From NCBI GenBank assembly GCA_963718895.1, contig CAVRAG010000008.1:800001-864000 (forward strand): 64,000 nt of DNA, written 5' to 3'. This DNA comes from an uncultured Nitrososphaerota archaeon. GTDB lineage: Archaea > Thermoproteota > Nitrososphaeria > Nitrososphaerales > Gagatemarchaeaceae. The translations under genes were made by a program, and so were the position numbers. The notes beneath the pieces were generated by a model. The model worked only from the letters and a program-made list of their open reading frames with translations. It did not search any database and had not been told where the DNA came from. Shown in pieces: positions 1 through 8,637 of this stretch. Every line of letters starts with the position of its first letter. The stretch's first letter is position 1.

Positions 1-633
1 ACCCGAGCAGGAAGAGGCTCTCGAAGGATCTGTGCGAGACGATAGAGTTTCTCAAAGGAAGATTCCCGAAGGTCGTCGTGCTCGGGCACAGCCTCGGCGT
101 CCTCTCCGCCGTGGCCGCGGTAAACAGTTGCGGGGCAAAGGTGGATGGCCTCATCCTTCTCAGTGCTGGGAAGAAGGTCAGACCGGGCGCCTACGGCAAG
201 CCATCTGCGGGCGCCTCTCTGAAGACGCTCATCGGAATCACGCTGCTTCCCGGAAGCCGACTGATAGAGTACAAGAGGCGGGGGATGAGCGGCCGCGATC
301 GATCCCCTCTTCAATTTCCACTACTCGGCCAGGTTCTACTCTACCCTGTACGGTACGAGCGCCATGTCGGTCGTCAGGATGCTTGGGAAGAGTGTTATCG
401 ATTCACCGAACCTCGTCATCTCAGGAGGGCTGGACGTCCCCCTGCTGGTCGGTGTGGGCGACCAGGACGAGCTCTTCTCAGAGGACTCCGCAAGAGAGCT
501 CTTCGATGGCATCGAATCCCCCAGCAAGGAGTTCATCGTCATCCCGGGTGGACGGCACGCGGCATTTCCTGATGGTTCATGGGTGCCGCTCGTAGCGTGG
601 CTGGGAAAGAACTATCCCCCCGAACGGAAATGA
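1..633 (+). CDS. Alpha/beta hydrolase (lysophospholipase/S33-like), 5'-partial, frameshift near 300
   Basis: GHSLG nucleophile motif in ORF 78..572; GVGDQDELF and GGRHA (Asp/His) in ORF 364..633; frames join near 300. Confidence 0.8.
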
Positions 634-766
634 GGACTCGACAGGTACCCCTTCCCGAAACAAGACCGCGGCGACCTAGGAAGGTCCAGTCTAGACTGCC
701 GACAAACGCAAGAGCCAAGGGAGGTAGACTGGCCGGCAATGAGGTATAGTGGACGATCCGAAGGGA

Positions 767-895
767 TCAGGGCCCGGCCATCCGCTTCTCTATCTCCTGC
801 TCCTTTGCCCTCGCCTGCTTGACCTGCCTGCCAAGGCGGGTGGAGAAGAGATAGTTGACCGCCCCGGCGTCCGACTCCTTGAACTCGAACTGGCT
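767..895 (-). pseudogene. Orphan 3' end of an unknown gene (42 aa)
   Basis: Manual translation SQFEFKESDAGAVNYLFSTRLGRQVKQARAKEQEIEKRMAGP*; coding-like codon use; cut by TAG at 896-898. Confidence 0.5.
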
Positions 896-1304
896 CTACA
901 CAGTACAGGTTCAGAGCTCAGGCGCGTGTACCTTCGCGTACTGGGTGGGACTGGATAACGCGAACGATCCACTCGATATATCCATCATCGGTCCCCTCCA
1001 CCTCGTCGCCGTATTCAACTGCGGGGGTTCTCCGTCCAGCGTGACCGTCGTCTCGCAGATGATAGGTGGCGAGACCATCGCTGGGTACTACACCGTGACC
1101 TACAACTCCAACGGCAACATCATGTCAACGGGGTTCACGCCCAAGACGTACGGTGCCATGCCGGGGAACACCTACTGGGTTCTGGCAGACAGCTATGGAT
1201 CGTGCGCGTTCTCGCACTGGTCGGACGGAACGACCGCAAACCCGAGATCGGTCACGGTCTACAACTCGCCGGTCCTTCTGACAGCCGTGTACATGTGCGC
1301 GTGA
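855..1304 (+). pseudogene. C-terminal part of a surface protein with beta-sandwich repeats, 5' end missing
   Basis: Two repeats YTVQVQSSGACTFAYW / YWVLADSYGSCAFSHWSDG; no signal peptide; abuts the minus-strand remnant. Confidence 0.55.
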
Positions 1305-1337
1305 AGAGGTAGAGCCTACCTCTTCTCACATCTTTTT
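1303..1337 (+). terminator. Hairpin plus T-run
   Basis: GAAGAGGTAG-AGC-CTACCTCTTC perfect 10-bp stem, then TCTTTTT, at the stop codon. Confidence 0.6.
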
Positions 1338-1463
1338 GATCGACCGCTTCGCAAGCACTCTTCTGAGACCCAGGTCCGTGGACTCACGTGGCCCTGAGAG
1401 ATAATAAAGCGGGCCTCCTCGGAGTGTTAACATCCGGTACACTCGAATCAAGCGAGGGGCGTC

Positions 1464-1952
1464 TCATCTGGTGGCCGGGGCGGCTCCGGGGACATACTCT
1501 CTCCAGATCTTCAGCCTTGAGATCGTGTAGGCAAAGACGAAGCCAACTGCCACAGCGATGATGTAGGCTATCGTGTAGAAGATCACGGTTGAGAGCAAGA
1601 GAGTGAGGACGTACTGGATCGCCGTGGCGACCGAACCGTTGAGGAAGTATTTGGAGAAGCGGTGGCGCGACAGAAGGGGGCTTCGGAAGACGACCTCGGA
1701 CTTCCAGGTGTAGTCAGTGAAGATCGAGGTCAAGACGGCGACTAGGGTAGAGACGGGAAGAGCGAGACCCACGTCGTGAGTGAGGAGATAGAGCCACCCG
1801 TCGATAATCAGGGCGTTCACCGCTCCCGTCCCTGCGTAGACTATCGAGAGCCGGTTCACGTAGAACCTGAAGACCCTCCTGATCGTCACTGCAATCACAC
1901 CACGGGCTCGCTGCCAACGGTCAAAAAGAAGATGTATGTTTGCTTCTAGCAA
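1464..1952 (-). CDS. GtrA family membrane protein (true start probably ~1896)
   Basis: Four TM helices; GAVNALI...IFTDYTWKSEVVFR...YTISRLKIWR pattern. Confidence 0.75.
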   Translation of the reverse strand: MLEANIHLLFDRWQRARGVIAVTIRRVFRFYVNRLSIVYAGTGAVNALIIDGWLYLLTHDVGLALPVSTLVAVLTSIFTDYTWKSEVVFRSPLLSRHRFSKYFLNGSVATAIQYVLTLLLSTVIFYTIAYIIAVAVGFVFAYTISRLKIWREYVPGAAPATR

Positions 1953-1997
1953 TCGACTTCCTTGAGTCCCGGTGGGAGACCCATGGGCGTAACTTTG

Positions 1998-2645
1998 TTA
2001 CGCCTCTTCCATCTCGGCCTCAGACCGGCCAACCGTGACCGGAATCTCGGGGAACGTGCCCTGCATCCTCGATTCCGCCACTGCTGCCGCCTCGGAGAGG
2101 ACACCCTCTGCCTCCTCGTTGGCGACGCCGAAGTCTATCGAGGAGCCGCTCACCGAACCCGCGTCCACGAGGATTCCGCCGAGCAGGCTCGATATCTCGC
2201 TCATCCCACTCTCCGCCTCGGGCACGAGCCCCGAGAGGCTCTGCCTCATGCCGCTCAGGATGGAGGTGGCTGGAGCGAGAGTCGTTATGATGTCGCCCAT
2301 GTCACTTATCGTGTTGAGTCTCAGGTTGATCTGCTCGAGAGCGAGCCTCGACTGAGTCACCATCCTGTTCATCTTCCTTAGCTCTCCCAGCTCGTTCGCA
2401 TAAACGGACGCCCTGGCGGAATCGTGCTTCTGCGTAGCGGCCACGATCTTGTTGAAGAGGGCGGTGTCCTTTTCGCGCAGCTTCGCCATGGTCGAGTCGA
2501 GCCTCCCAATTACGCCTTGAATCTCACGGTTCGCCTGGTCAAGACGGGGCTTGAGAGGCGTACTCTGGTTGACGCTACCGCGCAGCCTCGTTCCCAATCC
2601 GGGTCCCTTCTTCTTTTCATTCCAATTCGCAGAGAACTGTGACAT
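1998..2645 (-). CDS. cdvB: ESCRT-III/Snf7 cell division protein, thaumarchaeal CdvB paralogue
   Basis: PLKPRL...ANELGELRK...ALEQINLRL...DMGD...EAAAVAE...FPEIP. Confidence 0.88.
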   Translation of the reverse strand: MSQFSANWNEKKKGPGLGTRLRGSVNQSTPLKPRLDQANREIQGVIGRLDSTMAKLREKDTALFNKIVAATQKHDSARASVYANELGELRKMNRMVTQSRLALEQINLRLNTISDMGDIITTLAPATSILSGMRQSLSGLVPEAESGMSEISSLLGGILVDAGSVSGSSIDFGVANEEAEGVLSEAAAVAESRMQGTFPEIPVTVGRSEAEMEEA

Positions 2646-2767
2646 AACAGCTATTCGATGGCCGAAGGAGGTTATACCGGCGAGGGTGAAGGAGACTTCA
2701 CGCTTAGATTAACCCTGCGTCCCGGAGAGTCGTTGTGGAACCGGCACCCGCTCGGTGTCGAGACCCT

Positions 2768-3238
2768 TCAGATCCACCGGCGCACTCTTGCCTTGTAGGC
2801 GCTGAACTCATCTCCGAACTTCGCCTGAAGATACCGTTCCTCGCGAGGTATCTGAATGCGGTCGAAGAGGACCAATACGATAAGGAGCATGACCAGGATG
2901 TACGCCGAATTGAGGATCAGGGCCACACTGAGGTACAACGTCCCGAATGCCAGATAGATCGGGTTCCTGGTGAACCTGTAGGGGCCGTCCTGGACCAACT
3001 TGGCGCTAGGAGTCCATGGCATTAGGGCCGTCTGGTGACGCTTGAACGAGAGCCTCGCAGAAGCGAACAGCCAGACTCCGGCGACCAGCGGGACGACTGC
3101 GGCGAGCCATGTCCATGCGCCGCTCCAGATTGGTACAGGGAAGAAGATGTTGATCACTGCGCCTCCTATGAGGCCACCCAGGAAGACCAAGGCAACTGGG
3201 ACGAAAGCGCCGGCGGCTTTCGATCGGGGCTCAGTCAT
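2768..3238 (-). CDS. Isoprenylcysteine carboxylmethyltransferase/PEMT family
   Basis: LVQDGPYRFTRNPIYL...REERYLQAKFGDEFSAYKARVRRWI. Confidence 0.88.
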   Translation of the reverse strand: MTEPRSKAAGAFVPVALVFLGGLIGGAVINIFFPVPIWSGAWTWLAAVVPLVAGVWLFASARLSFKRHQTALMPWTPSAKLVQDGPYRFTRNPIYLAFGTLYLSVALILNSAYILVMLLIVLVLFDRIQIPREERYLQAKFGDEFSAYKARVRRWI

Positions 3239-3357
3239 GAGATTCGCCGCATAAGAATTGTATATACGTACTCCCGAGGCGCTATGCTTCCCGCGATGGG
3301 CCTGAGCGTTACCCCCCGGGGAATCCTTAAGGTTCAACAAATCACCAAGAGGCCTTC

Positions 3358-3786
3358 GTGCACCTCGAGACCGCGGTCACGGTAAGAGCAGCCCGCGATA
3401 AGGTCTACGCGGTGTACACCGACTTCGATTCGATGTCGAAGTGGGCGAAGGTGCGAGGCGCCGTGACGGTGACCAAGAGGGAAGGGGACATGGTATACCT
3501 GGAGAGTGAGGGGAGACCCGACAGGAGAGGGCAGAAAGCTGCCCGGAGTCTGAAGCTCACGGAGCCGAGCTTGGTCGAGTCCGAAAGCGAGACGAGGTTC
3601 ACCCGGACGAAACGGACCGTATCCTTCGAGGAGGTCCCTGGGGGGACGAAGGTGACGGCCAGACTCGACGTCCATGTGAAGGGGTTGTGGGCTAAGCTCC
3701 TGTCAACAAGGGAGAGCGAGGAGTTTGAGCCTCAGATTCGGGAAGAATTGGCATCCTTCGCCCGCTACGTCGAGGGACTGCCCTGA
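3358..3786 (+). CDS. SRPBCC/polyketide cyclase family protein
   Basis: TVRAARDKVYAVYTDF...GGTKVT...LASFARYVE. Confidence 0.75.
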   Translation: MHLETAVTVRAARDKVYAVYTDFDSMSKWAKVRGAVTVTKREGDMVYLESEGRPDRRGQKAARSLKLTEPSLVESESETRFTRTKRTVSFEEVPGGTKVTARLDVHVKGLWAKLLSTRESEEFEPQIREELASFARYVEGLP

Positions 3787-3854
3787 CCCAATTCTCTCTT
3801 GGCTTGGCGACCGAACCGGGCAAGATTTATCTGATTCCCATAGCAACCTCGATC

Positions 3855-4150
3855 GACGACCTTCTGCATACATGCAAAATATCCAGGCAAAGATGGGGAA
3901 ATCTTCCGAAGATTTCTGGAAACTTGCCAAAAAAAGGGGCTTCGTCAAGAACTCCGAAGTTGTCGCAACGCATGGAGTGAGGCTTGCCTGGCTCAAGTCG
4001 AAAGAGGTCGGGTTGGGACACGTCCACGCGAACTTCGTCACAACATATCTTCACGTGAAAACCGACGACCCCAAGGTCAGCGCTCAGATGAGAGAGCGGG
4101 CCGAAACCACTGGACATGCGGCGTCTTCAGGATGGGGGAGAGTGGACTAG
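3855..4150 (+). pseudogene. DUF4287 protein, degenerate 5' end
   Basis: AYMQNIQAKMGKS...WLKSKEVGLGHVHAN; paralogue of 4576..4821; start region reads ACG ACC TTC with an indel. Confidence 0.65.
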
Positions 4151-4160
4151 AGCTTTGACA

Positions 4161-4478
4161 GTGAACAAGTCGTCGATCACCGGCCCCTTCGACACCACTG
4201 TAATCACAATCATCATCGTCATGGTAGTGGTAACCACGACGGTGGGCTACTCCGCGACACTCAACCCGAAGAGTTCGAGCACCGGACCCCTCGCTTCGAC
4301 AAGCACTTCTGGCGTCGAGACTTCCACCGCTCCAGCAGTCCTGGCGTGGAACCCGTCTGTCAGCTACCCGGTCACCGCTTTGACCCAGTCGTGCGTGGAG
4401 TCGGGCGGGTACATCTACTGCGTCGGAGGCGAGACGGAATCCGGCAGCGTCGTCAACAACGTCTGGTACTCTTCCTAG
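4161..4478 (+). pseudogene. Truncated membrane-anchored Kelch-like protein
   Basis: N-terminal TM, S/T linker, single blade YP...QSCVESGGYIYCVGG, then stop. Confidence 0.5.
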
Positions 4479-4575
4479 GGCCCTGCAATGATCAACAGGA
4501 CTCATCTGAGCGACACCCGCACTTGGTCATGGCTTCGCTCGGATAGGGTTAGGGCTTCTTGCACCCCGGAGTGTC

Positions 4576-4821
4576 TCACTTTGGCAGCTTCTTGCCGGTC
4601 AGCATTGGATCTTTGGTCTGGATGCGGAAGTAAAGAATCATCGCGTTTGCGTGGCCGTGTCCCAGACCCATGTCAGATTTGAGCCATCCAAGGAGCTCCG
4701 CATATTTCGCCACTATCTTTCCGTTCTTCACGAATCCCTTCTTCTTTGCCAGCTCTAGAAACTCTTCCGGTGACTTGCCCGTCTTTGCCTGGATATTCTC
4801 CAGATAAGCCTTGAATGTCAC
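4576..4821 (-). CDS. DUF4287 protein
   Basis: MTFKAYLENIQAKTGKS...WLKSDMGLGHGHANA. Confidence 0.85.
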   Translation of the reverse strand: MTFKAYLENIQAKTGKSPEEFLELAKKKGFVKNGKIVAKYAELLGWLKSDMGLGHGHANAMILYFRIQTKDPMLTGKKLPK

Positions 4822-4878
4822 AACCCTTGGGCAGTACGAGCCGTGACACTTATTACTTTCACATTCCCAACTCGACCT

Positions 4879-5274
4879 ATGCTAGACAAGGCAGGTTTCG
4901 TGACCTTTGTCCCGGTCCGGAAGATGGACCGTGCGATAAAGTTCTACACGGAGGGATTGGGAGGCAAGCTGGTGGCCGGGGGGGAGGGCGAGATGAAGGA
5001 CTCGTTTGCCTCGGTAAAGATAGGAAAGAAGGAGTTCTGGCTGATAAAGCCGTCCGCTTGGGAGAAGCGGGAGCTCACGTACAACGCATTCGTCGTGGAC
5101 GACATCTCGGCGGAGGTCTCTGAGCTGAAGAGCCGCGGCATCAAGTTCAGCCGGGCCGAGCGGTCCGGGCCGGAGACGAAGATCGAGGGCCCAATCTCCC
5201 GCGACCCGTGGGGGGCCGAGGCCTTCTTCAAGGACTCAGAGGGCAACCTTCTGATGCTCTGGCAGGCCGTATAG
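4879..5274 (+). CDS. VOC/glyoxalase family protein
   Basis: VRKMDRAIKFY...FVVDDI...PWG.EAFFKDSEGNLL. Confidence 0.88.
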   Translation: MLDKAGFVTFVPVRKMDRAIKFYTEGLGGKLVAGGEGEMKDSFASVKIGKKEFWLIKPSAWEKRELTYNAFVVDDISAEVSELKSRGIKFSRAERSGPETKIEGPISRDPWGAEAFFKDSEGNLLMLWQAV

Positions 5275-5352
5275 AAGCCCCCTGCCAAAGAACCGTCGGT
5301 GCGTGCGACCCCACTTTCGCCGGCACGATAGGTGCGAGCGTGCACCGCACCT

Positions 5353-5853
5353 TCACCTCTCTCTTGCCTTTGGGCCACGCCTTGGTGATTGCCCGACTTT
5401 GTCGACATCAAAGTCGCAGTTGAGCCACTCGTTGCTGATGGCCCCTGCGTGCTTCCCATAGAAGGAAATCGCATCCTTGTTCCAGTCAAGAACCTGCAGG
5501 CGCAGCCTCTTGCAATCCTCCCGCTTTGCAAGCTCAAAGACCTTCTCCAGGAGCATGCTACCGATCTTCTTGCGTCTGTGCTCGGGTTTGACGTAGAGGT
5601 CATCGAGGTAGAGGCTCTTCCCGACCCAGGTATAGTAGGCGAAGAAATAGACGGCTGCTCCCAGGACCTTCCCGTCCTCCTCTGCGACAAAGAAACCAAA
5701 CAATCGTTTCTCCCGTTTCATCAGCTCGATTGAGTTCCTGACCTCGTGCAGTGCCCCTTCAAAGGTCGCCAGCTCCTTGATCAGCCCCAGGAGAGCGGGA
5801 AAGTCCGCCTCATCCCCCTTCCTGATCCTGACTCCCGATGAACTGTTGGGCGT
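5353..5853 (-). CDS. GNAT acetyltransferase (SSAT-like), no canonical start codon
   Basis: YLDDLYVKPEHRRKKIG, VLDWNKDAISFY; frame stays open upstream as VRIRKGDEADFPALLGLIKELATFE. Confidence 0.8.
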   Translation of the reverse strand, partial: TPNSSSGVRIRKGDEADFPALLGLIKELATFEGALHEVRNSIELMKREKRLFGFFVAEEDGKVLGAAVYFFAYYTWVGKSLYLDDLYVKPEHRRKKIGSMLLEKVFELAKREDCKRLRLQVLDWNKDAISFYGKHAGAISNEWLNCDFDVDKVGQSPRRGPKARER

Positions 5854-5897
5854 GAAGCGATTCTTTCCTCAGTGCGTATAAAAGCCGTCCTCGCACG

Positions 5898-6105
5898 TCA
5901 CGCAGTCTCGACTATGATGTCGGCGCGGTGGGCCTTGTGCATGTGGCCCGCAAGCTCTTCGGTGCCGGTGAACTGCGTCGCGCAGCAGGAGAGCACAGCC
6001 GTGAACTGGTCGGTTGGCGGATGGACCGCATGTGGTCGGTGAGCGCCTGACCGTGACCGAACTTCATCCCGCAGTATTCGTACTTTGCCGAGCTTGCAGC
6101 ACGAC
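5898..6105 (-). pseudogene. Small double C2H2-type zinc-finger protein, frameshifted
   Basis: Manual translation EYCGMKFGHGQALTDHMRSI / SCCATQFTGTEELAGHMHKAHRADIIVETA*. Confidence 0.55.
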
Positions 6106-6196
6106 GGCGAACTGATGTGTTAGCGTTACCGCCGTGTTGTTCCGCTAGAATCTGTTTTCGCTCCCAGCCTGCCGAAACGGGATTGGCACCTCAGCC

Positions 6197-7063
6197 TCAA
6201 TGCGCATGGTCCGCGGGATTCCGCCAGCTGTGCTCTGGCTGATAGCCGAGCAGACGCCTCGCCTTCTCCAGAGAGAGCAGCGTCTCGTTCCTCCCGAGCT
6301 CCTTCCTAACGGGCACGCTTGGGAAGACCTCCGCCAGGAGTTCCTGGTCCGACCGGTCCATGACGGTCTCTGCGTTGGCTATGACGAACACCTCGGCGCC
6401 CTTTATCGGCGCCTCGAGCGCCCTGCGTATTGCCTGGGCGGCGTCGCGCGCATCGACGTAACCCCACAGATTCCACTTCCGAGAGCCCGGGTCATCGTTG
6501 AACGAAGGGAACCTCGCGTAGTCCTTCGGCTCCATGACGTTCGAAAATCTGAGCCCCACGATCTTCAGAGACCCGTCCCACCGGCAGAACTGCCTGGCCA
6601 TCTCTTCGCCCAGCAGCTTGGAAAGCGAATAGGAGCTCCCCGGCCGCGCCGGTGCGTCCTCGTCCAGTGGCAGGTAGTCTGGCGGCTCATCGAATGGCAG
6701 CCCGAAGATAGATTCGCTTGAGGCCCAGACGATGTTCTTGATGCCGAGTAGTCTGGAGGCCTCGAAGACGTTGTAAGTGCTCGTGACATTGTTCGTGAAC
6801 GTGACCGAGTCCGAGTAGATTCCTGGTGCGGGTATCGCCGCCAGGTGGACGATGCCGGCGACGTCCTTTGGATCAGAGTCCATGCTCGAGAGGACCCCGA
6901 CCGTCTGTCCGAAATCGGCGAGGTCCGCAAGGACGAAGGGAGAGAGTCTCGGTTCTGGCGGCACCCTGTCGACGTTCAGGACGTCGTATCCGTGGGCGAG
7001 AAGGTCCTTGACACAAGCCTTTCCCGCCTTCCCGCTGCCACCTGTGACGATGATTCTGGACAA
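6197..7063 (-). CDS. NAD-dependent epimerase/dehydratase
   Basis: TGGSGKAG, HLAA, YSLSK (YxxxK). Confidence 0.9.
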   Translation of the reverse strand: MSRIIVTGGSGKAGKACVKDLLAHGYDVLNVDRVPPEPRLSPFVLADLADFGQTVGVLSSMDSDPKDVAGIVHLAAIPAPGIYSDSVTFTNNVTSTYNVFEASRLLGIKNIVWASSESIFGLPFDEPPDYLPLDEDAPARPGSSYSLSKLLGEEMARQFCRWDGSLKIVGLRFSNVMEPKDYARFPSFNDDPGSRKWNLWGYVDARDAAQAIRRALEAPIKGAEVFVIANAETVMDRSDQELLAEVFPSVPVRKELGRNETLLSLEKARRLLGYQPEHSWRNPADHAH

Positions 7064-7164
7064 CTGTGATGACTCGGCGTCAATGCGGTGTCGGTTCTAA
7101 TAGAGTTTCCTGACGAGGCGCGGCCATCAACTCGCGAACCATTGAGATCCGGGCCCAGGAGGAG

Positions 7165-8055
7165 CTAGCCGAGGAATCTGTTCGCGAAGGCGCGGATGCT
7201 CTCGATCTGGTCCTGCGGCAGCGTCCTCCCCTCGGGGCTCGGGACGACGACAGCGTATGAGACTCCCAGGTCCTCCAGCTCCGTGAGCACCTTGGCGTTC
7301 TCGGCCGCGTTCCCAGTAAGCTTGAGGCGTCGGTCACCCTGAGGCCCTAGGTACTCACCCTTCTCAGCCCGCAGGTCGAGGGCAATTCTCACGCAGATTT
7401 CCTTCCCCTCCGCTTCCGGGGAGAGCTCGTGGAACCGGGCAACCATGGCGCTGAAGGTGTCGATAGGGTGGACATTCGGGTGCCACGCGTCGCCGAGGTT
7501 TGCGGCCCTCCTCATGGCGGCCTCGCTGTTCCCGCCTATCCAGATCTCGAGCTCCTTTGAATCGGGAATCGGATCGAAGACGGCATCCTCGAACCTCTGG
7601 GGCAGCCGCTTGGACTCGAACTTGGTCTCGCCCCTCCACAGGGACCTGATCAGCCTGATAGATTCATTGACTCTCCTCCCTCGGTCGTGAAAGTCGGTCC
7701 CAACCGACGCGAACTCCACCTGGCTCCAGCCCGCGCCGATCGCAAGGACGACCCTTCCCCCGCTGAAGGCGTCTATGGAGGCGAGCTGTTTCGCGACGAC
7801 CACGGGATTGCGCATCGCAATGATGAGAGAGGAGACGCCGAGCTTCACCTTCTTGGTCTGAGGGGCGAGGTAGGCGAGGGACGCGAGGCTGTCGAAGATC
7901 CTTTCGTAGGGGGTCCCGCTGTTCCGCGGCATCAGCAGGTGGTCGGTCGTCCAGACAGAGTCGTACCCCAGTGCCTCGGCCTCGACGGCTACCGCAGTGA
8001 GAGACTCGACCGAGGACGTGACTCCATAGTTTGGGACGCAGACGCCGAACTTCAT
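7165..8055 (-). CDS. LLM-class, probable F420-dependent oxidoreductase
   Basis: GYDSVWTTDH, SGGRVVLAIGAGW, IWIGG. Confidence 0.9.
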   Translation of the reverse strand: MKFGVCVPNYGVTSSVESLTAVAVEAEALGYDSVWTTDHLLMPRNSGTPYERIFDSLASLAYLAPQTKKVKLGVSSLIIAMRNPVVVAKQLASIDAFSGGRVVLAIGAGWSQVEFASVGTDFHDRGRRVNESIRLIRSLWRGETKFESKRLPQRFEDAVFDPIPDSKELEIWIGGNSEAAMRRAANLGDAWHPNVHPIDTFSAMVARFHELSPEAEGKEICVRIALDLRAEKGEYLGPQGDRRLKLTGNAAENAKVLTELEDLGVSYAVVVPSPEGRTLPQDQIESIRAFANRFLG

Positions 8056-8174
8056 GCTATCCCCCGGCGTCCTCTGCTACTTTACTGATTCCTTGCTTGG
8101 ATTCGCCGCGCGACCGGTGTTCGTGGGAGTCACCCGAAGGCTAATATGAGGAGGGATATCCGTTATGGCACAAG

Positions 8175-8537
8175 ATGCCCAAGATATACTGGATGTCTGG
8201 GTTCAACATAAGAGAGGAAAAGCACAAGGAGTACAAGTCATTCCTGAATTCAAAGAGATTCAGGAAGGTGTGCGCGGAGATCGAGAAGGAGACCGGCATG
8301 AAGCACTTGGAGACCTACTTCACGATTATCCCGTCGTCGAGCGAAGAGGGAGACTACGACGCCTACGATTTCTGGGAGCTGCCCAACCACGCTGCAATGG
8401 ACAAGTTGAGGAACTCGGCCGCCCTCGCTAGGCTCGCCGAAGCTTCATACGAGTTCACCGAACCGAGGCCATCGAAGAGCGTGGTGCTTAGAAAGGCCTC
8501 CGACACGAAGGTAGTCTTCGAGCCTAAGAAGAAGTAG
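8175..8537 (+). CDS. Hypothetical protein (possible ferredoxin-like dimeric barrel)
   Basis: Clean ORF with upstream AT-rich box; GDYDAYDFWELPN. Confidence 0.65.
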   Translation: MPKIYWMSGFNIREEKHKEYKSFLNSKRFRKVCAEIEKETGMKHLETYFTIIPSSSEEGDYDAYDFWELPNHAAMDKLRNSAALARLAEASYEFTEPRPSKSVVLRKASDTKVVFEPKKK

Positions 8538-8637
8538 CCCTCATCTCGGTTCTACCGCAGGAACCGGGCGGTTCAGTGCCGAGGGGTGGGGCTGCTAGAA
8601 CAGGCGACTTCCCGTCCGGCATGGAGACCTAGCTTGT

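Noticed and set aside
8560-8573. GAACCG-GG-CGGTTC hairpin
   Set aside because: Short stem, 2-nt loop, no T-run; expected by chance at this GC
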